Positions 8,378 through 17,841 of a stretch of DNA of 40,000 bases are shown here, piece after piece. The translations under genes were made by a program, and so were the position numbers. The first letter of the stretch is position 1. Each line of letters starts with the position of its first letter. The notes beneath the pieces are model-generated. The model did no database searches, was not told the origin of the DNA, and worked only from the letters and a program-made list of their open reading frames with translations. This stretch comes from Candidatus Bathyarchaeota archaeon (GTDB lineage Archaea; Thermoproteota; Bathyarchaeia; Bathyarchaeales; Bathycorpusculaceae): positions 1,028,415 through 1,068,414 of the forward strand of contig CAWGYA010000008.1 in the NCBI GenBank assembly GCA_963826715.1, written 5' to 3'.

Positions 8378-9262
8378 ATGTCGCACAAAGACCCTGCATC
8401 TTTCATGGCTCATCAGACAGGGAAAACAAAATACTACGGTATAATCTTCATAGTAATCTTAGCTATTCCCATAGGCATACTTCTCTACCTAATCGCTCAG
8501 GGACCGTTGGCTTTTGCAGCTGCAATGTTTGTAACCCTCATTGGGGTGCTTGCCTTTTTAACATACTTCACTCTCAAAAGTGGTAGTCTCAAATACGAAG
8601 TAACCCCCCGAGAAGTCCGAGTCGCGTTTGGATTACTCACTAAAAGGGTGCCCTACAAGCAAATCGTCAAAGTGGAAAAAGCCGAGATGAGCCTCTCTCT
8701 GCGTCTCTTCGGCGCTAGCCTACCGGGTTTCCATTGGGGTTTATTTACAACAAGCATTGGTAGAGTCCACGTTTACGCTACCAAAATCAAAGGTGAATTT
8801 GTAATTGCCACCTTGAAAGATGGCGAAAAAATCGCACTCTCCCCCGAAGACCCCGATCAACTCATTGCAGCCTTAAACGAAAATACTGCAGTATTTAGCA
8901 GCCAAACCAAGCAAGAAATCACTATCCAAATGCAAGCTCAAAAAAAACTTGCCTATTTCCAAGTCGCCGCGGTCACCATTGCCTATCTGGTTTTTCTAGG
9001 TTACTTCTTTTGGGTTTACGCATCTCTTCCGCAGACTGTTCCAGTTCATTTCGGCTTTGATGGGATAGCTAACCGCTGGGCGGACAAATCGGAATTGTTA
9101 TGGGTTGCTGGAATTGCAGCTGTTTTTCCAGCTATTAACGCCGTTTTAACTTTAAAATTCGGTAAATATGAGAGATGGATGGTGATTTTGTTAGGTGCCA
9201 TATTCGTAGTAACAATAGCCGTGTTCGTCTACGCTATCAATACCATAGTTACAGTAGCATAA
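8378..9262 (+). CDS. Membrane protein with a bacterial-type PH domain and a DUF1648-like C-terminal domain
   Basis: Two TM helices, then 'YEVTPREVRVAFGLLTKRVPYKQI' (bPH-like). After further TM helices comes 'VPVHFGFDGIANRWADKSEL' (DUF1648/SdpI-like motif). Confidence 0.6.
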   Translation: MSHKDPASFMAHQTGKTKYYGIIFIVILAIPIGILLYLIAQGPLAFAAAMFVTLIGVLAFLTYFTLKSGSLKYEVTPREVRVAFGLLTKRVPYKQIVKVEKAEMSLSLRLFGASLPGFHWGLFTTSIGRVHVYATKIKGEFVIATLKDGEKIALSPEDPDQLIAALNENTAVFSSQTKQEITIQMQAQKKLAYFQVAAVTIAYLVFLGYFFWVYASLPQTVPVHFGFDGIANRWADKSELLWVAGIAAVFPAINAVLTLKFGKYERWMVILLGAIFVVTIAVFVYAINTIVTVA

Positions 9263-9281
9263 AACACAAATGAGCGTGTAC

Positions 9282-9806
9282 TTACTTTGGGCTTACGTTT
9301 TCTTTTAATTGGCATGCGAATTTTTTTGCTTTCTTTATTTCTTTACTGTTGGGATGCCCCTTGTTGACACCGCCGAATAGTTTGAAAATTCGATAATAGT
9401 CTGTGAAGCCTCGACAAGAGTACTCACCAATAATTGTGTAACCTTTAGCTGTGAGTTTATCTTTGAGATTGCGGTGATAGCGGCTTTCAAAGAGACTGTT
9501 TCTGCCTCGTGTAGAGAAAATAAAGACTTTTTTGTCTTGACGTGGTAATGAATCAACGAAGGCCAGCAAATTTTCATCGTGGCTGCCGTAGAATATGCCT
9601 GAGCCAAACCCGACTAGATCAGCCTCAGTGGCATCGCTGGTTTGTGCATACGTAGGTTGTACGACTTTAGCATCCAGAACTGATGCCATGGCTACCGCAA
9701 GCTTTTGGGTATTGCCTTTGTATTTTTGGGAACACACAATCGTTGTTTTCAAGTTTATATCAAAGCCTTTAGAGGAAGTCGATGACTTAAATTTTTCATT
9801 TCGCAA
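9282..9806 (-). CDS. Flavodoxin-family protein
   Basis: 'KTTIVCSQKYKGNTQKLAVAMA' and 'VGFGSGIFYGSH...KVFIFSTRG'. The track start is TTG at 9806. An internal TTG near 9752 would give a canonical 'MKTTIV' N-terminus. Confidence 0.7.
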   Translation of the reverse strand: MRNEKFKSSTSSKGFDINLKTTIVCSQKYKGNTQKLAVAMASVLDAKVVQPTYAQTSDATEADLVGFGSGIFYGSHDENLLAFVDSLPRQDKKVFIFSTRGRNSLFESRYHRNLKDKLTAKGYTIIGEYSCRGFTDYYRIFKLFGGVNKGHPNSKEIKKAKKFACQLKENVSPK

Positions 9807-9944
9807 AACCTTGACTTAGTGAGATAAGTCTATTTATCTGCCGTTCGTTGTTCAATATTTCGGGTTAGCTTTCAAAAATTTTTGCATGCACTGCCGGATT
9901 CCGGTTGTGGCTCCAACTGTGGCGTTGCCGAAACAAAGCAGTAT

Positions 9945-10184
9945 TCACTCAGGCGGATGTTTAATCCATACCTTATTCTTTTCCTGCATCTTAACCCGCC
10001 CCTCTGTCTGCATTAGCTGGACCTGAAAATCAACAAATCGGTCGTCGCCGGAGGAGACTTCTTTGCGGATAGCGTCTTGCAGCTTGGGCAAGTTAATATG
10101 TTCTGTCGAGCCTACGATGCCCCAGAAGTGGCGTTGGATGTTCTCCCGCATTTTCTGCGTATTTAAATCCGCGATTTTAGTCAT
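9945..10184 (-). CDS. Hypothetical 79-aa protein
   Basis: ATG-initiated ORF 6 nt downstream of the mini-ORF at 10191-10310. I recognise no family. Confidence 0.5.
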   Translation of the reverse strand: MTKIADLNTQKMRENIQRHFWGIVGSTEHINLPKLQDAIRKEVSSGDDRFVDFQVQLMQTEGRVKMQEKNKVWIKHPPE

Positions 10185-10190
10185 CTGTTG

Positions 10191-10310
10191 TTACCTTGCG
10201 CAGTAAGGCCATTCATCTTTGGTTTTATGGTAAGCTGCACATTCTTGGCAATTGCTATGGCGAGGGCAACTTTTTTTTGGGCATGGACAATGAGGGGCTA
10301 AATCCGACAT
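10191..10310 (-). CDS. Cys-rich miniprotein (39 aa), absent from the ORF track
   Basis: Hand translation gives MSDLAPHCPCPKKSCPRHSNCQECAAYHKTKDEWPYCAR*. It has 6 Cys and 3 His. ATG at 10308-10310, TAA at 10191-10193. Confidence 0.55.
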   Translation of the reverse strand: MSDLAPHCPCPKKSCPRHSNCQECAAYHKTKDEWPYCAR

Positions 10311-10403
10311 AATTCATATTGCATAGTTCGTTGAATATAACAGTTCTTTAATTTTGGAATTGCAATAGAAAATGTTCTTTAAAGCAAGAGCGGATAAAAC
10401 TAT

Positions 10404-11198
10404 ATGGCTGATATATTGGATTCACTAAAAAAGCTGGCGGCCTTCTTAATTGTCATATTGTTTTTGGCAGTTGTCACAATTGTCATTTTTCATTTCTTTA
10501 TAGCTGAACCCACAAATTTATCTATATTTTTGAAGCAAGTGGGTAACATATCCATAATTCTTGTTTTTTCGCTAATTGTCCTTTATTATCTATCCCATGT
10601 AAAAAATCTCTTGTCACCACATATCGGCCTGCAGGCAGCTACCATTATTCAGTTTCTCTTTATTGGACTTGCCCTTCTCATAATGACATTTTCTATCTTA
10701 GCAAACTTTAACGTTAGCCTCACCACCCTGCTCACAGGCGCAGGCATAATCTCCATCACAGTCGGTTTAATCATATCCACATTCGTCGGAGGCATCCTCT
10801 CAGGAGCATTGGTTTTTACAACCTACCAGTTCAAAATAGGCGAAGATGTTATGGTTAACAACGTTCCTGGAAAAATCGTTGATATGACCGCTCTTGTTAT
10901 GCGTATAAGAACTGATGTTGGACAAATTACCATCCCCAACAGCGCCGTATCTTCAGGAGGTGTAATTATAACTTCAGTACGCAAACCTGAACCAGCCCAG
11001 GAAACCAGGCTCAACTATAAGGTGGGCGACCGTGTGATTACTTCCTTTAAACTCGAGGAAGGTAAGGTAAAAGAAATCACCGCTTTCCATACGACTGTTC
11101 TTTTGGATTCAGGTCGACAGATTACTTTCCTAAACAACAGTGTATTAATGGGTGCGGTTGCGATTGCTAAAGTGACTTCTAATCCGCCGCCAACCTGA
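10404..11198 (+). CDS. Small-conductance mechanosensitive channel (MscS family)
   Basis: Three to four TM helices, then the MscS beta-domain pattern 'IGEDVMVNNVPGKIVDMTALVMRIRTDVGQITIPNSAV'. Confidence 0.8.
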   Translation: MADILDSLKKLAAFLIVILFLAVVTIVIFHFFIAEPTNLSIFLKQVGNISIILVFSLIVLYYLSHVKNLLSPHIGLQAATIIQFLFIGLALLIMTFSILANFNVSLTTLLTGAGIISITVGLIISTFVGGILSGALVFTTYQFKIGEDVMVNNVPGKIVDMTALVMRIRTDVGQITIPNSAVSSGGVIITSVRKPEPAQETRLNYKVGDRVITSFKLEEGKVKEITAFHTTVLLDSGRQITFLNNSVLMGAVAIAKVTSNPPPT

Positions 11199-11286
11199 TT
11201 TTGTTATCTCATTTTATTATAAACCACTAACCCAAGGCTTCAGCGCCAATAGCAAACAGTTTTTGTCAGTTTAGTTTTTTGGTGCC

Positions 11287-11297
11287 TTTTTTTTTTT
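11287..11297 (+). terminator. Oligo-T (T11) archaeal-type terminator downstream of the MscS gene
   Basis: A run of 11 T in the convergent gap between the MscS gene (+) and feoB (-). Confidence 0.45.
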
Positions 11298-11314
11298 ATC
11301 TTTTCTAAAAAGTT

Positions 11315-13276
11315 TTAAAGGAATAGCGAGAGCAGCCTATAGGCTAAACCTCCCACTAGTAATGCCGCGCCTATATTTGCGGCGGTTATCGCTGCGGTAG
11401 CTTTCCAGCCGAATTCTTTGCCCAAAATTGCTACTGTCGATATACAGGGAATGTAGAGCATCGCTACCACGGCAATTACCACTAACTGCACGGGTGTGAA
11501 GCCCACAAGAAGGTTGGTGGTCCCGAGAATCGATACTGCGCCGAGGAGCACAAATTCTTTGCGAATTGTTCCTAAGATGAGTAGAATACCTGCTATGGTT
11601 GGTAATCCGAGCCACCAAACAGTCAATGGCGCCATTGCATCGCTGATAGGTGTTAACACATTTAAAGCGTAGGCGGCTTGGATGAGTGCGCTGCCTATGA
11701 TGTAAATGGGAAACACTACGTAGATGATGGATTTAGTGCGTGTCCAAGTCTGCTTCAGTACTATTTTGAGGTTGGGCCGCTTGAAGCTACTCATCTCCAT
11801 GATTAATCCTGTTGATTTGCCCGGAACTGCTTTCATTGCAACTCTACCTAACGCGAAAATCACCACCACATCAACCACATAAAGCAGTAGAGCCCACTGG
11901 ATACCGACGAATAAGCCCACCATGCCGAAGAGAATGATTGTTCGGGCAGAACAGGGTGCGAAAGTTATAGCGAAGGCAGCGAGTAGTCTTTCCCGTCGTG
12001 TTTCCATGATTTTACATGCTTGGATTGCTGGAACGTTGCATCCAAATCCCAAAATGATTGGGATTAGCGCTTTACCATGTAGCCCCATCTTGTGCATGGC
12101 GCTATCCATCATGAAGGCGACGCGGGTTAACAAGCCTGAATCCTCAATGGCTGCCAAAAGCAAGTAGAAAGGAATCACGAATGGGATAATCAGTGTTAAA
12201 CCTGCGGCTATGCCGCCCCAAACGCCGTTTAAGAGAATAGCGAGAATCGGTTGAGAAGACATTAAAACAGGGTCTACAGGTTGAATCAAGTTTAACCCGT
12301 CTGCAATTACAGTTGATATAGCATTGCCGATAAAGAATGTCCAAAGTAGCAACCCCGCTATGACGCCAACGGAGGTGAAGTACCCTAAGACGCGGTGAGT
12401 AGTTAACCATTCCAGCTTATCGGAGAATGTATTCCATATCTCGCTTTGCTGTAACGTTGAAGCCGCAATTGAGCTTGCTAGTGCATATCTTTCTGAAGCG
12501 ATAACAGAGAAACAGGGTTCCTCACAGTTTACCTGAAGTTCGTTCCCAATTACCTTAGCATATTCAAAGACTTTTTTGAATTTTTCAGCGAATTTTTTGT
12601 TTATTTCACTGTCGCCTTCAAGAAGCTTAATTGCTAGCCAACGGGCAGGATATTGGACTTCAAGATTTTCTTTTTCTACTATCTGTTGCAGTTGTTCGAT
12701 TTTCTCTTCTATGTCTCGGCGGTATTTGAGGTGTTTGGTTTTTGGTTTCTCTAAGGCAACTCTCACCACTTCACCCATGAGTTCATAAATGCCTTCGCCG
12801 CGTGTTGCCACCGTAAAGACAACGGGAACGCCTAGTTCCTCTTGGAGTTTTTCTTTATCAATGATTATGCCTTTCTTTTTTGCTTCATCTACCTGGTTTA
12901 AACAAACAATTAGTGGAACACCCATCTCCATAAGTTGAATGGTGAAAAAGAGGTTGCGCTCCAATATCGATGCGTCAAGTATGTTAACAACTACGTCGGG
13001 TTTCTCTAATGCGATGTAGTCGCGGGAAACCATTTCCTCCATTGAAAATGTGGAGAAGGAGTAGATTCCTGGCAAATCAATGACTGTTATGTCATAGCCT
13101 TCAAAACGTAGAGTGCCTTCGGCGCGGTCTACGGTTTTGCCTGGCCAGTTGCCGATAACCTGGTCCGAACCTGTGAGATCGTTGAAGATAACGCTTTTGC
13201 CCACGTTTGCGTTACCAGCTAATGCTATGGTTAAATGCTTATCATTTGCTACTTTTTTTTTCTGGTTGGGCCTCAT
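11315..13276 (-). CDS. feoB: Ferrous iron transporter FeoB
   Basis: 653 aa. N-terminal G domain '[18 protein letters not shown]', 'DLPGIYS', 'LNQVDEA'. Large polytopic C-terminal permease region. Confidence 0.93.
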   Translation of the reverse strand: MRPNQKKKVANDKHLTIALAGNANVGKSVIFNDLTGSDQVIGNWPGKTVDRAEGTLRFEGYDITVIDLPGIYSFSTFSMEEMVSRDYIALEKPDVVVNILDASILERNLFFTIQLMEMGVPLIVCLNQVDEAKKKGIIIDKEKLQEELGVPVVFTVATRGEGIYELMGEVVRVALEKPKTKHLKYRRDIEEKIEQLQQIVEKENLEVQYPARWLAIKLLEGDSEINKKFAEKFKKVFEYAKVIGNELQVNCEEPCFSVIASERYALASSIAASTLQQSEIWNTFSDKLEWLTTHRVLGYFTSVGVIAGLLLWTFFIGNAISTVIADGLNLIQPVDPVLMSSQPILAILLNGVWGGIAAGLTLIIPFVIPFYLLLAAIEDSGLLTRVAFMMDSAMHKMGLHGKALIPIILGFGCNVPAIQACKIMETRRERLLAAFAITFAPCSARTIILFGMVGLFVGIQWALLLYVVDVVVIFALGRVAMKAVPGKSTGLIMEMSSFKRPNLKIVLKQTWTRTKSIIYVVFPIYIIGSALIQAAYALNVLTPISDAMAPLTVWWLGLPTIAGILLILGTIRKEFVLLGAVSILGTTNLLVGFTPVQLVVIAVVAMLYIPCISTVAILGKEFGWKATAAITAANIGAALLVGGLAYRLLSLFL

Positions 13277-13295
13277 CTGGTGGTCATCTCAGGCT

Positions 13296-14012
13296 TTATC
13301 TTGGGGTTGGCTCTACGAAAACTTTAGATGCGATACCTCTGCCTATGGCGAGTTTGGAGCGGCGCACAGAAACCTCGATTGGTCCCTCGAAGGGTGCAGC
13401 TTTGATGAGCGTAATTTTTGTGCCAGGTGTCAATCCCATGTCAAGAAGGCGCTGAAGTACAGTGTGACCACCTCGAATGAACTGGATTTTGCCCGATTGC
13501 CCAGCTTTTAGCTCACTGAGTGCTAGTAGGTTTTCTTTGCGTTTGCCCACTTCCTCGAGACCTTGGCTATGAAGTTTTATGCATTCCTCGCAGGTGGAAA
13601 ATGGAAGGTCGCAAGCGGGGATGGTTTTGCCGTCGTCGCTGCAGGTGTCAGGATGTTTTAGGAAACGACACAGGGATTCTTCAGCTTCGTCGGACAGGGA
13701 ATGTTCCATGCGGCAGGCTTCCACATGGACTTTGTCTTTGCCGATATGGAGTACGTCGCTGAGGAAAGTTTCAAGTAAACGGTGTTTGCGAGTGACTTTT
13801 TTTGCTTCTTGTAGTCCTTTGTCGGTGAGGGTGCTGCCCTGGTATGGGTGGTATTTGACGTAGCCTTCTTCGGATAGTTTTTTGAGCATTTCGGTGACGC
13901 TGGCGGGAGAGACGTTTAGTTTTTGGCTGATGTGGGTGGTGCTGACTAGGTCACCGTTTCGGTTTAGGTTGTAGATGGCTTTTAGGTAGTCTTGAGTTGA
14001 TTTTTGCTCCAT
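13296..14012 (-). CDS. DtxR/MntR-family metal-dependent regulator with C-terminal FeoA/SH3-like domain
   Basis: N-terminal wHTH ('YLKAIYNL...VSTTHISQKLNVSPASVTEMLKKL'). Metal site 'HVEACRMEH'. 'HPDTC...IPAC'. C-terminal 'LKAGQSGKIQFIRGG...LLDMGLTPGTKITL' is FeoA-like. Confidence 0.88.
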   Translation of the reverse strand: MEQKSTQDYLKAIYNLNRNGDLVSTTHISQKLNVSPASVTEMLKKLSEEGYVKYHPYQGSTLTDKGLQEAKKVTRKHRLLETFLSDVLHIGKDKVHVEACRMEHSLSDEAEESLCRFLKHPDTCSDDGKTIPACDLPFSTCEECIKLHSQGLEEVGKRKENLLALSELKAGQSGKIQFIRGGHTVLQRLLDMGLTPGTKITLIKAAPFEGPIEVSVRRSKLAIGRGIASKVFVEPTPR

Positions 14013-14029
14013 TTGTCTCGTCCCTGTTT

Positions 14030-14045
14030 TTTAGGTGTGCCTAAA
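14030..14045. promoter_or_regulatory. Candidate DtxR operator 1 (TTTAGG-TGTG-CCTAAA)
   Basis: Inverted half-sites TTTAGG/CCTAAA, placed between the TATA-like element and the dtxR ATG where the transcription start site is expected. Confidence 0.55.
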
Positions 14046-14060
14046 TTAGGTTTTTTAACC

Positions 14061-14067
14061 ATATAAA
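14061..14067 (-). promoter_or_regulatory. TATA-box-like element (TTTATAT on the minus strand) for the dtxR-feoB operon
   Basis: 48 nt lie between the element and the ATG at 14012. It is flanked by both palindromes. Confidence 0.5.
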
Positions 14068-14069
14068 GG

Positions 14070-14085
14070 TTTAGGCATGCCTAAA
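14070..14085. promoter_or_regulatory. Candidate DtxR operator 2 (perfect 16-bp palindrome TTTAGGCATGCCTAAA)
   Basis: Perfect self-complementarity, immediately upstream of the TATA-like element in the BRE position. Confidence 0.6.
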
Positions 14086-14131
14086 TATTTCTTACGACTG
14101 AATTCTAACGTGGCATCAAGAACAAGCCATA

Positions 14132-14911
14132 CTACTCAAAAAACGATTCAAGTTTAGCTGTTTCTGCTTTCTTAAGTACCAAAGCGCATTCTTTCGGATC
14201 CAACGCCTTAAACTCTAAGTCCATAGAAATCAATAATCGCTGAACATCTTTAGCGAGACTCGGTGCAACTAATACTGCTCGGACAGGGCGATTAACTTTG
14301 GCCTTAATGGGTTCAATGTATTTTGCCAACTGTAACGCGGCTTCTTTGGAGGCTACTCTGCGTTTAACTTCAATAATGACAAGTTTGCCCTCTTTGTCTT
14401 CTCCGAAAATATCTACAAATCCGGGTTCAACCTTTTTTTCCCAACTTATGGGCTTGAAGCCTTCTTCGAAAAGCTGAGGTTTAAGCAGTATGGCTCGGTG
14501 CATGTCATCTTCGCTAGCATGCAACAGAAAGTCTCCGAAATCCACAAGTGCCAATGAGGAAACCATTAGAATTGACGAAAAAGTTACTTTCACTTTTTCT
14601 CGGGGTTTCCCTCGCACGCCATGGATTTCTAGTTTGTTATCTTTGACTTCAACGTGGAAAATGCTGCCTGCAGGTTGCCAATTTACGGGTTCATAACCGA
14701 CTGGGCGATGCACCAAAAGTGCTCCATCGGATTTCACCAAAAGCAAGCGCTCGCCGTTTTCCAGCTTTGAGTTGGCTCTGCCTGTGTAGTTGACTTGGCA
14801 GTTACCTGCAACGATTAGAGTTCTGCGTTGTGCAAAGTTTTTTTCAATGAGGACTGCGGCTTCCTCTAAAGTGGGTTCTTTGAGTACTTCAAGTTTGTTT
14901 GGTGGCTGCAT
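14132..14911 (-). CDS. nucS: Endonuclease NucS (EndoMS)
   Basis: 259 aa. N-terminal 'GNCQVNYTGRANSKLENGERLLLVKSDGALLVH...PVNWQP'. C-terminal RecB-like 'GFVDIFGEDKEGKLVIIEVKRR'. Confidence 0.88.
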   Translation of the reverse strand: MQPPNKLEVLKEPTLEEAAVLIEKNFAQRRTLIVAGNCQVNYTGRANSKLENGERLLLVKSDGALLVHRPVGYEPVNWQPAGSIFHVEVKDNKLEIHGVRGKPREKVKVTFSSILMVSSLALVDFGDFLLHASEDDMHRAILLKPQLFEEGFKPISWEKKVEPGFVDIFGEDKEGKLVIIEVKRRVASKEAALQLAKYIEPIKAKVNRPVRAVLVAPSLAKDVQRLLISMDLEFKALDPKECALVLKKAETAKLESFFE

Positions 14912-15004
14912 ATTTTTTTCAGCTAATGTATTTTAGGTGGTGCAATGGTACATAAGATTTCTTGAGGCAAAAAAGTATTGGCTTGGAAACAGAAGCGGCA
15001 GGTA

Positions 15005-15529
15005 ATGCAGCGCTATGATGTTACAGCTCAGATGTATGATGAACGCTATTGTGCGGAACAGAGTCGAAAATACAAGAAAGCCCTCAAAAGTGTCGATGTG
15101 ACTGATTTAACGGTTCTGGATGTGGGTTGTGGTTCAGGTAATTTTTTTGGAGAGATTGCTGAGAAAGCCAAGTTTGTGGTTGGTATGGATGTGTCTCGGG
15201 GGTTGCTGAAGTTAGCTAAGGTGCAGGCGAAGATGTTTGATAACGTTTTTGTGGTGCAGGCAGATGCTGACCATTTGCCGTTTTGTAGTAGCGACTTGTT
15301 TGGGGCTGTTTTTCTGTTTACCGTGCTGCAAAATATGCCCACGCCCATTAGAACCCTCAAAGAGCTTAAGGGTGCTATTGTGATTGGTGGTTGGGTAGTT
15401 GTCAGTGGTCTCAAAAAGGCTTATGGGTTGGAGAAGTTCATGGATATTTTGGAATCAACAGGATGGCCGATAGTGGCGTTTGTGGATGAAGAGGCTGTGA
15501 ATTGCTATATCGCTGTGTTAGTCGCATAG
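15005..15529 (+). CDS. Class I SAM-dependent methyltransferase
   Basis: 'VLDVGCGSGNF' motif I and 'VVQADADHLPF'. I prefer the ATG at 15005 to the TTG at 14978. Confidence 0.75.
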   Translation: MQRYDVTAQMYDERYCAEQSRKYKKALKSVDVTDLTVLDVGCGSGNFFGEIAEKAKFVVGMDVSRGLLKLAKVQAKMFDNVFVVQADADHLPFCSSDLFGAVFLFTVLQNMPTPIRTLKELKGAIVIGGWVVVSGLKKAYGLEKFMDILESTGWPIVAFVDEEAVNCYIAVLVA

Positions 15530-15692
15530 CATCAGTCTATTCGCGATTATCGCGGAATTGATGGCGATTTTAGAGCAGCTAAAAATGAGGCTACAGTAAA
15601 TTTACAAATATGAGTCGCTTCAGTGTGCAGTTGATGCACTTTACAGTAATCCTTTACTGCCCTGGGACAATACCCTTCTTAGATGAAAAACT

Positions 15693-16196
15693 ATGTTGAT
15701 TGGTGCCGTCTCGGATTCTCATGATAATTTGCCGTTAATAGAAAAAACAGTTCAAATTCTAAACAATCACAAAGTTGATTTGGTGCTTCATGCAGGTGAC
15801 TTTGTAGCACCTTTTACAATAGTCAGATTCAATAAGCTTAACTGCCCCTTAATTGGAGTGTTTGGTAACAATGATGGTGACCATGAACTTTTAAAATTGC
15901 GTTTCAGCGAAACCAAGAACTGCACTGTTCATGATCGTTTTGCCGAGATCACTGTGGAGGGCTACCGCGTAGCGTTGCTCCATGGACACGAATCTGATTT
16001 ACTTGCTGCTATAATTAACTCAGGGTACTTCGATTGCGTCGTGCATGGGCACTCCCACAATGCGGATATAGAACGCAAAGGCAAGACCCTTGTGGTGAAT
16101 CCCGGTGAGCTTTGCGGCTACCTCACAAATAAACCTAGTATAGCACTTATCGATACCGAGAAAAAAGAGGCAATTCACTTAATGTTAAATCTTTAA
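15693..16196 (+). CDS. YfcE/MJ0936-family metallophosphoesterase
   Basis: 'IGAVSDSHDN', 'HAGDF', 'GNNDGD', 'LLHGH', 'VHGHSH'. This is the full set of calcineurin-like motifs in a 167-aa protein. Confidence 0.88.
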   Translation: MLIGAVSDSHDNLPLIEKTVQILNNHKVDLVLHAGDFVAPFTIVRFNKLNCPLIGVFGNNDGDHELLKLRFSETKNCTVHDRFAEITVEGYRVALLHGHESDLLAAIINSGYFDCVVHGHSHNADIERKGKTLVVNPGELCGYLTNKPSIALIDTEKKEAIHLMLNL

Positions 16197-16255
16197 CAGA
16201 CTGTGCATTTTGCCGCTAAGTGACTTTTCCTGAAAACATTTAGTCGTGTGGCGTG

Positions 16256-16645
16256 TTATGAGTAAATTTCTACTATATCATTTTCAATAGTGACTCGGTT
16301 GCCTGTTTTGATCTTGGATATATCGATTTTGTCGACGAATGGGATTTCACTGATGATGGCGCCAACTGCGACGATGGTTTCGGTTTCTTTGTTTATTAAT
16401 GCTGCTGGGGCTGCGTTGTTCTTTTTGAGCCGGTAGAGTGTGTAGCTTCCAACGGTTGAGCCTTTACCCTGCGGGAACACTAGTACTTTTCCTTTGACAC
16501 TTATTCCACTGAGTTCGTGTCCTTTTTCGATCACGATACCTGTGTTGGGGTCAACGCCTCCATAGAACGAGATAGGCATGGAGGTTACTAGTGCTTCGCC
16601 TTCTGTTTTCCCTTTGAAGATTATTCGTCCCTTTAGTTGTTCCAT
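16256..16645 (-). CDS. Aconitase X swivel-domain protein (DUF126); putative phosphomevalonate dehydratase small subunit
   Basis: 129 aa with 'ISFYGGVDPNTGIV' and 'KVLVFPQGKGSTVGS'. Overlaps the upstream large subunit by 13 nt. Confidence 0.85.
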   Translation of the reverse strand: MEQLKGRIIFKGKTEGEALVTSMPISFYGGVDPNTGIVIEKGHELSGISVKGKVLVFPQGKGSTVGSYTLYRLKKNNAAPAALINKETETIVAVGAIISEIPFVDKIDISKIKTGNRVTIENDIVEIYS

Positions 16646-17841
16646 TTTCCAGTCACCGCTGCATTAACACATTCTTCCATGCTGCCCATCTTGGTTTTCA
16701 TTAGGTTCTGCCGTGAATAGAAGCAGCCTTTCGCTGACGTGGTCGCCAATGACTTAAACCTGCCCTTTAGTGGAGCTACAGCCATGCAGGTGTCACACGC
16801 GAATTTACCGCCTGCGGCTTCTATTATCGCAGTATAACCGCGTTTATCAGCAAGTTGTTTTGCTGTTCGAGAGGTCGCCACCCAAAGCTCTGTACCCTGC
16901 GCCACTTTTTTGTCTTCAAGTAAGGTTGCGATTTCGGAGATTTCTTTTACTGAACAGTGGGGGCAGCCAAGGCAGACAAGTTCTATATCGTTTATATCAT
17001 CGTTTATGGCGTCGTAGGCTATTTTGAGGTCGCCCTGGTCAACGGTGAAGGTAGTACTGGGTTGTTTTTGGAGTTCTGAGCCTGGAGTTATACCTTTGAT
17101 ATAGAAAAGGGGTTTCGCACCATATGTTACTACGGATGCACAGAAGCTTTTAAGTTCATCAAGTTGTGCGGTTTTAATTCCTGTGATGTAAGGAATTTTA
17201 TTCTCCGCTTTCTTGCCAATCATATAGCCCAGTGCCCCCCAATCCGATAGTTTGCTCAATTCAGCGTTTACCTGGATGTGAACATCGGGTACCCGATTCT
17301 CATCAAGGTGCAAACCGTAATTGGGAGTTTTTCCCACAAATGCTGCTGCCAACGCAGATGGTCCACCTTCACGGTTCGTTTTTGCACCCAATACAGAGTT
17401 AGCGAATGTGACTGCGCTGCTCTCTGACCATGCAATATGCTCACCGTAAAGAGGCAAATTTCCGATAAGGTAGGGCGTGCAGGTGCAGCTGATAAGTATG
17501 CCCATGCGTTGAAAAGCGTCAATAACGAGGTTCTGTTTTTCGGCGAATTCAGGGCTTATACCGAGTTGTTGCCAATTTTCGAGGTCCATACCTGCGGGGT
17601 TGAGGGTAGTCTGGACTTTGACTCTGCCGTCGGCCGCGAGAGAATTAAGAAACTCTAGTCCCGCGTCGCCAAGGTTGTGATATGAGACGCCTGCAACTTG
17701 GACGCTGCCTACCTCAATTAGGTTTTTTGCACCGAAAATCTCTCCTAGCGCAACTAAAATTTCCATACTCTTGCGCACTGCATAGCCTTCGGCGCCGTCC
17801 AGCATGATTTGTTCCTGTTTTGTCAGTTCCATATCTATCAC
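16633..17841 (-). CDS. Aconitase X catalytic-domain protein (DUF521); putative phosphomevalonate dehydratase large subunit
   Basis: 402 aa with 'MLDGAEGYAVRKSMEILVALGEIFGA', 'GVSYHNLGDAGLEFL' and conserved Cys residues. Its start abuts the UbiD-like stop with no gap. Confidence 0.85.
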   Translation of the reverse strand: MIDMELTKQEQIMLDGAEGYAVRKSMEILVALGEIFGAKNLIEVGSVQVAGVSYHNLGDAGLEFLNSLAADGRVKVQTTLNPAGMDLENWQQLGISPEFAEKQNLVIDAFQRMGILISCTCTPYLIGNLPLYGEHIAWSESSAVTFANSVLGAKTNREGGPSALAAAFVGKTPNYGLHLDENRVPDVHIQVNAELSKLSDWGALGYMIGKKAENKIPYITGIKTAQLDELKSFCASVVTYGAKPLFYIKGITPGSELQKQPSTTFTVDQGDLKIAYDAINDDINDIELVCLGCPHCSVKEISEIATLLEDKKVAQGTELWVATSRTAKQLADKRGYTAIIEAAGGKFACDTCMAVAPLKGRFKSLATTSAKGCFYSRQNLMKTKMGSMEECVNAAVTGKWNN

